The translations under genes and the position numbers were made by a program. A stretch of 64,000 nucleotides of DNA from an uncultured Balneolaceae bacterium (GTDB lineage Bacteria > Bacteroidota > Rhodothermia > Balneolales > Balneolaceae). Positions within the stretch are counted from its first letter, which is position 1. Each line of letters starts with the position of its first letter. The notes under the pieces were generated by a model. It was not told the DNA's origin. It was given only the letters and a program-made list of their open reading frames with translations, and did no database searches. Where the stretch lies: contig CAJXOW010000007.1 of the NCBI GenBank assembly GCA_913057825.1, positions 906-64,905 of the forward strand, read 5' to 3'. Shown here in pieces: positions 52,925 through 60,586 of this stretch.

Positions 52925-53079
52925 GCTCGAGGCTGGAGGCTCGAAGCTCGAGGCGGCTTATGGCCTTTAAACTTCATTTGTGGCTGTATATTTATCGAGA
53001 TAACAAGCATTCTAATTTAGCCGTGGCTTACTTTAAAAAATCCAGCCATGCCTCGAGCCTCCAACTTCGAGCCTCGAGC
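52925..53079. repeat. Heptad-arm palindromic element X3
   Basis: 5' arm GCTCGAG GCTGGAG GCTCGAA GCTCGAG GC. 3' arm GC CTCGAGC CTCCAAC TTCGAGC CTCGAGC. The terminal units pair, but the two middle units are in swapped order. Interior of about 95 nt. Confidence 0.7.
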
Positions 53080-53091
53080 ATTGTTAGAAAT

Positions 53092-53334
53092 TTACTTTCT
53101 AACAATCTTCCCTTTCGGTGTTATGGTTTCGCCCGGTCCGGGTTCTTCGGTCGGAAAATCGCCGATGGAGACGTCGGGATCCCGGTCGTGGGGGACGTAG
53201 TGGACGTGAGAGCCGTGGGAGACGGCGGTATAGGGCTTGGGATTGAATACCCCGAGCGCATCCGCCAGGGCCAAACCGGCCAGAATCACGATCCCGACAA
53301 TTACCACATATTTAAGTATATTTTTGCGCGTCAT
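53092..53334 (-). CDS. Small membrane-anchored His-rich protein (hypothetical)
   Basis: 80 aa with one TM segment, then SHGSHVHYVPHDRDPD. Coding status is plausible but unproven. Confidence 0.4.
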   Translation of the reverse strand: MTRKNILKYVVIVGIVILAGLALADALGVFNPKPYTAVSHGSHVHYVPHDRDPDVSIGDFPTEEPGPGETITPKGKIVRK

Positions 53335-53556
53335 ATATGTGCTTATTCATTCTACTTTAAACCGTGGAATAACTTATTCCTGCGATGCTTATGTATTCTT
53401 ATGAAATGATGCTTTAAACTAACGCTTCCTAATGCAATGGAAATAATATGAATGCTCCTGAAACCTTATGAATCCATGCTTTTTTATGATTAATGTATCT
53501 TTACCGGCTTGTTGCCTTTGGTCCCGACGCCTATTGGGACCTGCGTTGCGAGTGGC

Positions 53557-53634
53557 TTGTCCTCCCCCTGTCACCGACCCTTGTCGGAGACTTTCCCCCC
53601 TACCGACAGTGGTCGGCACAGGTCCGAAGGGGGA
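53557..53634 (+). repeat. C-run motif element, copy R4 (expanded, with two internal hairpins)
   Basis: TTGTCCTCCCCCTG, TCACCGAC-CCTT-GTCGGAGA, CTTTCCCCCCTA, CCGAC-AGTG-GTCGG, CACAGGTCCGAAGGGGGA. It ends 10 nt from the GAF gene stop codon. Confidence 0.65.
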
Positions 53635-53644
53635 CTTCCTCGGG

Positions 53645-54127
53645 TCAGAACAAGATGGCCACTTTATCGCAAATTTGCTCACAGAGCCGCTGGTGCTGTT
53701 CAGAGATTGAATTTTTGGTATGGGAGTCGATATCCAGTTCAGCGACAAACCGGCCGTTTTTCATGACCGGAACGACAATTTCTGACTGCACGTGCACGCT
53801 GCAGGATAGATAATTCGTGGCCTGGCTGACGTCCTGGACGACAAACGTCTCCTCGGTCTCGGCCGCTTGTCCGCAGATCCCCGTACCAAACGGAATACGC
53901 GTGTGCTCGGTCGGTTCGCCTACATAGGGCCCTAACACCAACTCCCGCTCCTTTTCTTCATCCCGCAGGTAAAATCCGACCCAGTCGAAGACAGAAACTT
54001 CTGACGAAAGCAGTTCGCAAATCTGCTTTAACATAACCTCCCGCTCGTCCGAGCGACGCATGATGTTATCGACTTCCGTTGTCAATTCATCAACTTGTTC
54101 ATCCGTAAGCGATGTCGTAGCACTCAT
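53645..54127 (-). CDS. GAF domain protein (free methionine-(R)-sulfoxide reductase-like)
   Basis: 160-aa single GAF domain with FDWVGFYL...LGPY.G......IPFG.GICG motifs typical of the YebR/fRMsr family. Confidence 0.7.
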   Translation of the reverse strand: MSATTSLTDEQVDELTTEVDNIMRRSDEREVMLKQICELLSSEVSVFDWVGFYLRDEEKERELVLGPYVGEPTEHTRIPFGTGICGQAAETEETFVVQDVSQATNYLSCSVHVQSEIVVPVMKNGRFVAELDIDSHTKNSISEQHQRLCEQICDKVAILF

Positions 54128-54368
54128 GAATTTTGTTTAATGATTCTTGTTAAACCGATGCTGTATAAATATAACCAACTGTCAATTCTTTTCGGGCACG
54201 ACTGATCATTTCAACCTGATATGTATCCCTTTCAACCGTACTTTCCTTTAATCCAAATTTTATGGAACCGTTAATCTCAAATTACTGTTACCACAAACGA
54301 AGCATCTGTCTCGAGAATGTATAATCTAGGAGTCTTTCACAAATTCACAAATACATACATAATAACTT

Positions 54369-54605
54369 ATGGCAGAACCCAAAATTGCGCAGAAGGGACC
54401 TTTTGTTCTTGAAGTTGAACCCGGCAATCATGCGTGGTGCCAGTGCGGTCGATCCGAAAACCAACCTTATTGCGACGGATCGCACAAGGGCACCGGTATT
54501 AAACCCAAAGTTGTAAAGATCGAAGAAGAGCAAGAAATCGCCTGGTGCGGATGCAAGCAATCGGGCAACAAGCCGTATTGTGACGGTACGCACAACGAGT
54601 TGTAA
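54369..54605 (+). CDS. CDGSH iron-sulfur domain protein (two CDGSH motifs)
   Basis: CQCGRSENQPYCDGSHKG and CGCKQSGNKPYCDGTHNE. Confidence 0.9.
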   Translation: MAEPKIAQKGPFVLEVEPGNHAWCQCGRSENQPYCDGSHKGTGIKPKVVKIEEEQEIAWCGCKQSGNKPYCDGTHNEL

Positions 54606-54733
54606 GATCACAGGTATTTATTTGATCCGAAATACCTATCTCAACTCACCGTGATTTCATATCACCTATATTGAGGGGACCACGGGCTTGTTGACAATGA
54701 AAATCCACAGACGGTCAAGCACCTATCGGGAAC

Positions 54734-54901
54734 CTAGGAGGCTGTCGGACTTTCCGGTTCGCAACGAAAAAAAGTCCGGTTTGAGGTAGATTTGGCCGAT
54801 TTTGACGTAGAATAGCGGGGCTATTTAAGGAAAAATCGGCCCAAAGATACTCAAATCCGGCTTTTTTGCAGTAGAATTGTGAAAGTCCGGCAGCCTCCTA
54901 G
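54734..54901. repeat. Singleton 168-nt rod-like palindromic element H
   Basis: Outer 21-bp arms CTAGGAGGCTGTCGGACTTTC / GAAAGTCCGGCAGCCTCCTAG, with one T:G position. Inner arms AAAAAAGTCCGGTTTGAGGTAGATTTGGCCGATTTT / AAAAATCGGCCCAAAGATACTCAAATCCGGCTTTTTT also pair. Confidence 0.8.
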
Positions 54902-55017
54902 AAGGAATTAATTTAACTTTCCTGTTAATGTTGCTATTTTGCTTTTAAGATCTATCTATATGGGAATCCGTTTTAAACAAATAATGCAGTAGGGGCTGAA
55001 CCAAACTTCAAGCCACG

Positions 55018-56232
55018 TTGGAAGCTACTAAAAGAGATGTCATCCTGGTTGGCGGCGGACATGCCAGCATTCCCTTGATCAAACAAGCCAAAAAGTGGTC
55101 AGAGCAGGGAATCTCTGTCATGTTGATCACGGCCAGCCAATATCTCTACTACTCCGGTATGGTTCCGGAATACCTGGGAGGCGTATACCGGCGCGAACAG
55201 GTGCGAATCGACCTTCAGGCGTTGTGTCTGGCCCATAATATAGAATTTCGCAAAGCGCAAGTAGTTGGCCTCGAACCCGAGCATCGCCGGTTAACTACGG
55301 CGAAAGGCGACCGTTACGTTTGTCGGCTGACCGTCTTCGATATCGGCTCTCGCAACCCAAATCTGCCGGGTATGGAGAATATCAGTCCCACGAAACCGCT
55401 TCACAAGATTGAGCGGCTGGAAAAATTCACGGAAAATCACCTGCTTAACCCGACCGAAAGCAAAAAACAACACCTCGTTATCGTCGGCGGAGGGGCAGCC
55501 GGCGTCGAGATTGCTCTCAATATCAGCGCCCGGGTAAAAGCGTACCAACGACACACTTCGCTCAAACTTACTCTTATCGAAGAGCAGGACCGGCTCCTGT
55601 CCCGCTTCCCCGCCTCGGCCGGCGAGTACGTGAGCGACTGGCTGCAAAAACGCGGCGTAGACGTCCGCATAAAACGCAAAACCACGCGAATTGACAAGGA
55701 TCAACTGGTGTTGGACGACGACCATACGCTGCCCTATGACTTTGGTTTATGGGCCACCGGGCCGACGGGTCAGCCCATCTTTGCTGAAGCCGGATTGGAG
55801 TGCGACCAGAAACAATTTTTATGGATTGAGGATACCCTTCGTCACGCTGAATACCCCTGGTTATTCGCCGCCGGCGATTGCGTTCGCATCCGTCAACTGC
55901 CCGATCTGGAAAAGCTGGGGATTCATGCCGTCAAGCAGGGAGCACAACTTCTGCATAATGTAGACGCAGCCGTACAACAGATGGTGGAGGGCAACCACCC
56001 CAAGGACGCTGAATTGGAGTCCTTTAAACCTTATCCTGTCGCCCCCGTCATCATTTCGACCGGCGGCAAAAAAGCAATCTGGATCACCTCTCGCACCTGG
56101 TTCTCCGGCAAAAGCTTCCTGCGACTTAAACACTGGCTTGACGCCCGGTGGATTGAGGATTACCAATACCCCATCGATCAAAAGATTGCGCTTTCTGAAA
56201 AACTGCACACCCGTTATGCTTTAAAGCAATAA
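55018..56232 (+). CDS. FAD-dependent pyridine nucleotide-disulfide oxidoreductase
   Basis: VILVGGGHAS and LVIVGGGAAGVE dinucleotide-binding motifs, plus the AAGDC motif. TTG start. Confidence 0.75.
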   Translation: MEATKRDVILVGGGHASIPLIKQAKKWSEQGISVMLITASQYLYYSGMVPEYLGGVYRREQVRIDLQALCLAHNIEFRKAQVVGLEPEHRRLTTAKGDRYVCRLTVFDIGSRNPNLPGMENISPTKPLHKIERLEKFTENHLLNPTESKKQHLVIVGGGAAGVEIALNISARVKAYQRHTSLKLTLIEEQDRLLSRFPASAGEYVSDWLQKRGVDVRIKRKTTRIDKDQLVLDDDHTLPYDFGLWATGPTGQPIFAEAGLECDQKQFLWIEDTLRHAEYPWLFAAGDCVRIRQLPDLEKLGIHAVKQGAQLLHNVDAAVQQMVEGNHPKDAELESFKPYPVAPVIISTGGKKAIWITSRTWFSGKSFLRLKHWLDARWIEDYQYPIDQKIALSEKLHTRYALKQ

Positions 56233-56395
56233 CATTGTGATAAAAGCGGGCGGCGGTTCCTTGCTCGAAAACTTTTCTTCGTATTGTGCTTTTTAACAAT
56301 AGTTCGAAATCTTATTAATCCTTATCATCCAATCCTGCTCTTGAACCAGAAAACTTTAATGCTTCGGAACCGCCGCCCGCTTTTATCACAATGTT
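56231..56395. repeat. Family-2 palindromic element, copy E
   Basis: Perfect 30-bp arms AACATTGTGATAAAAGCGGGCGGCGGTTCC / GGAACCGCCGCCCGCTTTTATCACAATGTT. The 5' arm starts inside the upstream stop codon. Conserved core ends TTGCTCGAAAACTTTTCTTCG ... CCAGAAAACTTTAATGCTTC. Confidence 0.85.
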
Positions 56396-56491
56396 ACCCA
56401 TTTTAGGGTTGGGTATTCCATTTATTAGCATTATTATTGGCGTTTCAGCCGTAATAGTTTAACATGGAACTAAAAGCAGAACCGACCCGCG

Positions 56492-57883
56492 ATGCATTCT
56501 GCGCTTAAAGTCATTGAAAAATCGTTAGCTGCCTTTGCCGACTGGATCTGGGGCGCCCCTTTGCTGATCGTTCTTTTGGGCGGGGGGATATTTTTCATTC
56601 TCTATTCACGCTTTCTGCCCTTCCGGTATTTTCGTCATGCGATCAACATTTTACTCGGCAAATACGATGATCCCGACGATCCCGGAGATATTAACCACTT
56701 TCAGGCGCTATCGAGCGCCCTTGCCGCAACGGTCGGTATGGGAAATATCAGCGGTACCGCCATCGCCATATTTATGGGCGGACCCGGTGCGCTATTTTGG
56801 ATGTGGGTCAGTGCCACCGTCGGTATAGCGACCAAGTTTTTTACCTGTACGCTGGCCGTCTTATACCGGGGAAAAGATTCACAGGGAAAACTCCAGGGCG
56901 GTCCGATGTACGTCATCCGCGAGGGACTGGGAAAGGCCTGGAAGCCGCTGGCCGTTCTTTTTGCCCTGGCCGGGCTCATTGGTCCGCTGCCGATCTTTCA
57001 GGCCAATCAGCTTACCCAGATACTACGGGATGTAATCTATATTCCATACGGCATGGCGACGGCCCAGGCACACTTTACGGTCGACTTTATTACAGGGGTG
57101 GTGCTTGCCGGATTGGTTTCGATCGTCATTTTCGGCGGTATTAAACGCATTGGCCGCGTTGCCTCCCGCATGGTACCCTTTATGGTAGTCTTATATGTAG
57201 GACTGGTGCTCGTTATCTTGGCCATGAATATTGAAGAAATCCCCTATTACCTCGGATTGATTGTAACCGATGCCTTTACCGGAAAAGCTGCAGCCGGCGG
57301 GGTGGTCGGATCCGTAATCGTCACCGGTATCCGACGCGGGGCCTTTTCGAACGAGGCGGGTATCGGGACCGAAGCGCTCGCTCACGGAGCCGCCAAAACC
57401 AAAGAGCCGGTCCGCGAGGGATTGGTAGCCATGCTGGGTCCGGCCATCGATACCCTGATCGTCTGCACCATGACTGCGCTGGCCATTCTTGTAACCGGCG
57501 TGTGGAAAACCAGCGAAGCAAATGGAGTAACCCTGACGCTTGATGCCTTCAATGCGGCCTTTGCGGGAGCGGGATCCCTGCTGCTCGGCATATGCGTGCT
57601 TATTTTCAGTCTGAGTTCGATGTTAACCTACTCCTATTACGGCTACAAATGCCTGGGATATTTGATCGGGGCCGAGCGACAGGGACTCTATAACTATTTG
57701 TACGTGATCACCATCGTATTCGGCAGTGTGGCTTCCCTGAAGGCGGTATTCAGCCTGATTGACGGCATGTTTGCCCTCATGGCCATCCCCACCATGGTTT
57801 CCTCGGTCCTGCTGGCTCCCAAAGTCATGGAGGCCGCCCGCGACTACTTCTCCCGCATTCACACGTTTGACATGCAGGATTGA
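56492..57883 (+). CDS. Alanine/glycine:cation symporter (AGCS family)
   Basis: 463 aa. FQALSSALAATVGMGNISGTAIAI and GAFSNEAGIGTEA motifs are typical of AGCS. Confidence 0.85.
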   Translation: MHSALKVIEKSLAAFADWIWGAPLLIVLLGGGIFFILYSRFLPFRYFRHAINILLGKYDDPDDPGDINHFQALSSALAATVGMGNISGTAIAIFMGGPGALFWMWVSATVGIATKFFTCTLAVLYRGKDSQGKLQGGPMYVIREGLGKAWKPLAVLFALAGLIGPLPIFQANQLTQILRDVIYIPYGMATAQAHFTVDFITGVVLAGLVSIVIFGGIKRIGRVASRMVPFMVVLYVGLVLVILAMNIEEIPYYLGLIVTDAFTGKAAAGGVVGSVIVTGIRRGAFSNEAGIGTEALAHGAAKTKEPVREGLVAMLGPAIDTLIVCTMTALAILVTGVWKTSEANGVTLTLDAFNAAFAGAGSLLLGICVLIFSLSSMLTYSYYGYKCLGYLIGAERQGLYNYLYVITIVFGSVASLKAVFSLIDGMFALMAIPTMVSSVLLAPKVMEAARDYFSRIHTFDMQD

Positions 57884-57924
57884 GTCAGGAGATAAATAGT
57901 TTATAGTCGAGAAGAGGCCGCAAA

Positions 57925-58072
57925 TGACCAATCGGGCGGCAGTTCCTTGCTCGGAAACTTTTCTTTGTATTGCAGCTTCTAATAAAGTTCGTGAGCAGAT
58001 TACCAAAAATCCATTATCTTTGCTTTTGAACCAGAAAATTTTAATGCTTCGGAACCGCCGCCCGATTGGTCA
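57925..58072. repeat. Family-2 palindromic element, copy F
   Basis: 22-nt arms TGACCAATCGGGCGGCAGTTCC / GGAACCGCCGCCCGATTGGTCA with one A:C position. The core aligns with copy E over its whole length. Confidence 0.85.
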
Positions 58073-58103
58073 GGAAGCTTGCCTCCTACAGACATAAATC
58101 AAT

Positions 58104-59153
58104 ATGGTTGATTCGACTTCTCTTATCGATTCGGTTTCATCTCCACGAATCTCTGTGGTGATGCCGGCATACAACGCCGAGGACACCATCGAAGAGGCCA
58201 TTGAAAGTATTCTTAACCAGGAAGCATCCGACTTTGAGCTGCTGGTCATTGATGACGGCTCCACCGACGCAACCCCGGAACTGATTCAAATATGGGAGCA
58301 ACAAGACGCCCGTCTCATCTATCACCGGCAACCCCACAAAGGCATCACCTCCGCCCTGAACCTCGGACTACGAGAAGCCCGCGGACGGTATATCGCCCGC
58401 ATGGATGCCGACGATATATCGTTCCCAAATCGATTGCAACTTCAATCTGACTATCTGGACCGAAATAACGGTGTTGGAGTTATCAGCGGAAAAGTTAGAT
58501 TCAAGGGATTGGAAGAAGACTATAACGGATATGCACGATACGTGGAGTGGGTCAACAGCCTGGATTCAGAAAACGATATATCGTTGAACAGATTCATCGA
58601 ATCGCCCATCCCCCATCCTTCTGTCATGTTTCGACGATGGATCGTAGAAACGCTGGGCGGGTATCGTGACGGTGATTTTCCCGAGGATTACGAGTTATGG
58701 CTGCGCTGGATGAACGCCGGAATTAGATTTCACAAATTGGACCAGGTCATTCTACAATGGCACGATCATCCCGCACGACTATCGCGGAATCATCCCCGGT
58801 ATCACCGGATGGCATTTCACCGGATCAAGGCCTATTATCTATCCCGATGGCTGGAACTTTACAACCCTTTTCATCCCGAGGTGGTTATCTGGGGTTCGGC
58901 CCGTTCCAACCGAAAACGGGCAAAGTTGCTGGAGCGTCACGGTATTCGCATTACGGCGTTTGTAGACGTGAACCCCAATAAATTCGGACAAAAAATTCAC
59001 GGCATCCCGGTATGGTCGCCCGACGAGCTGCCGGAAGCAGGATCCTGTTTTGTAATTCCTTTCGTGGCTACACGCGGAGCTAATTCGGACATAGCTGACG
59101 TCCTGGAAGCCAAACACTACCGGGAAGGAATTGATTACTTGTTCGGAGCCTGA
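58104..59153 (+). CDS. Family 2 glycosyltransferase with a C-terminal extension
   Basis: ISVVMPAYNAEDTIEEAIESILNQEASDFELLVIDDGSTD and RMDADD motifs. Confidence 0.8.
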   Translation: MVDSTSLIDSVSSPRISVVMPAYNAEDTIEEAIESILNQEASDFELLVIDDGSTDATPELIQIWEQQDARLIYHRQPHKGITSALNLGLREARGRYIARMDADDISFPNRLQLQSDYLDRNNGVGVISGKVRFKGLEEDYNGYARYVEWVNSLDSENDISLNRFIESPIPHPSVMFRRWIVETLGGYRDGDFPEDYELWLRWMNAGIRFHKLDQVILQWHDHPARLSRNHPRYHRMAFHRIKAYYLSRWLELYNPFHPEVVIWGSARSNRKRAKLLERHGIRITAFVDVNPNKFGQKIHGIPVWSPDELPEAGSCFVIPFVATRGANSDIADVLEAKHYREGIDYLFGA

Positions 59154-59253
59154 CTTTGATGATTTAATAGATTCGCATAATGAAAGAGGTATTAGTATAG
59201 TTGTATGTATGCCATACGTAAAACGGTCTCAACCTGGAATATGAAAAAGAAAG

Positions 59254-60402
59254 TTGACAGGCGCTGGAATCTTTCGGTATCAACAATATGTCGAACAACG
59301 CAGAAACCTAAATCACACGACATTTCAACAATCAACTCCCGTGTCCTATAACATACCGGCCAATACAGACCAAAACCAATTTACCGATCCGGACGAATCA
59401 CGCGAGCAACTACGAAAACGCGTCAGTAAACATCCGGAACTTGAATATCAACCCCTGGGACTGAGCGAAGAGGGTCGCCCGCTCTATGCCGTAGAATTCG
59501 GAGAAGGCCCGCTACGGGTAAGTTTGCTGGCCGGGGCTCATTCGGATGAACCGGTGGGTCCTGAAACCTTGCGGCTTTTTATCAACACCCTCATGGCCGA
59601 ATCCGGCCAAAAATCAATCAAAAAGTTAAAAGAAACGTTCACCTTTCACATTATTCCTCATATCAATCCTGACGGAGAGGCTGTCAACTGGCAGTGGATC
59701 CGGAAGTGGCCCGACATGGATTCCTACCTCCAGCATGCATTTCGCGAGCAGCCCGGCCGCGACCTGGAGTTCGGCTATCCGAATATGCGCGTGGAGAACC
59801 GGCTGGTATCGAGTTACCTGAGATCACAGGGGACCTTCGACCTTCACATGAGTTTGCACGGGATGGCATTTTCGGAGGGACTGATGCTGCTGATTGAACG
59901 ACACTGGATTGACCAAACCGAGTCGCTGCGAAATCATTTTAAAGCACTTGCCGACCAAAATGGTCTGCCGTTGCACGATCATGACCGCGGCGGAGAAAAG
60001 GGTTTTAAGTATATAGCCCCCGGTTTCAGCACAACTCCCGAGGGAAGAGCCATGCGGCAGCATTTTGAAAACAAGGGGGATACGGAAACCGCCCAAAAAT
60101 TCCACCTCAGCTCCATGGAATACGTCCGATCGCTCGGAGGCAGCCCGCTATGTCTGGTTACCGAACTTCCCCTGTTTCTGGTGGCATTTAAAGAAGAACC
60201 CGAAAAGACCGAACCGGATCAGCCGGAAGCTTATCTCTCCTTGAAAGAAAAAATTCCCTTACTGCGCAAACGTCGTTCGCAAGGCGAATCTTTCGATGAT
60301 TTACTGGCCCCCTATAAATTCACTTCCCTGCCCTTGTCAACCGCCCTGTCCATACAATTTCGAACGATCGAAGCGGCCCTGGAGTTGATAGAAGAAGCTT
60401 GA
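59254..60402 (+). CDS. M14-family zinc carboxypeptidase-like protein
   Basis: HSDEPVG (HxxE zinc site), PHINPDGE and SLHGM motifs. TTG start, because there is no in-frame ATG nearby. Confidence 0.7.
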   Translation: MTGAGIFRYQQYVEQRRNLNHTTFQQSTPVSYNIPANTDQNQFTDPDESREQLRKRVSKHPELEYQPLGLSEEGRPLYAVEFGEGPLRVSLLAGAHSDEPVGPETLRLFINTLMAESGQKSIKKLKETFTFHIIPHINPDGEAVNWQWIRKWPDMDSYLQHAFREQPGRDLEFGYPNMRVENRLVSSYLRSQGTFDLHMSLHGMAFSEGLMLLIERHWIDQTESLRNHFKALADQNGLPLHDHDRGGEKGFKYIAPGFSTTPEGRAMRQHFENKGDTETAQKFHLSSMEYVRSLGGSPLCLVTELPLFLVAFKEEPEKTEPDQPEAYLSLKEKIPLLRKRRSQGESFDDLLAPYKFTSLPLSTALSIQFRTIEAALELIEEA

Positions 60403-60410
60403 GAAACACC

Positions 60411-60585
60411 ATTTAAGAGGTCTTTGGCCCACCGGACGGCCGGTTCCTTGCTCGGAAACTTTTCTTCGACAATTAGCAAGGAACGGGTGGTTGTCATATA
60501 TACGATCATAGTTTTTACAGGCTTATACCCAGAAAATTTTAATGCTTCGTAACCGGCCGTCCGGTGGGCCAAAAACCTCTTAAAT
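60411..60585. repeat. Family-2 palindromic element, copy G
   Basis: 35-nt arms ATTTAAGAGGTCTTTGGCCCACCGGACGGCCGGTT / AACCGGCCGTCCGGTGGGCCAAAAACCTCTTAAAT with one mismatch. Core ends CCTTGCTCGGAAACTTTTCTTCG ... CCAGAAAATTTTAATGCTTCG. It fills the M14/merR-like convergent spacer to within 1-9 nt of both stop codons. Confidence 0.85.
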
Positions 60586-60586
60586 T

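Noticed and set aside
52801-53409. 202-aa ORF spanning the putP upstream spacer, element X3 and the small minus-strand gene.
   Set aside because: The frame is kept open by the heptad repeat arms (translated as ARGWRLEARG-type low complexity). It runs antisense through another ORF and shows no protein-like features.
54878-54895. GAAAGTCCGG string in element H, which resembles the conserved P4 region of RNase P RNA. Also CAGGTCCGAAGG in R4 (53620-53631), which resembles the SRP RNA motif.
   Set aside because: Both lie in short, fully palindromic or repeated elements. The surrounding sequence lacks the other conserved RNase P or SRP helices, and the overall lengths are wrong.
54606-60585. Integron-like cassette array. 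Five co-directional genes, four of them followed by an imperfect palindrome that could be an attC site.
   Set aside because: The element ends do not carry the RYYYAAC / GTTRRRY core sites. The elements are larger than typical attC sites. The same element types also occur in divergent and convergent spacers. The genes are ordinary metabolic and transport genes, and no integrase is present.
36443-60585. CRISPR array as an explanation for the repeated intergenic sequences.
   Set aside because: The repeats are inverted, not direct. They are separated by whole genes rather than 30-40 nt spacers, and no cas genes are present.
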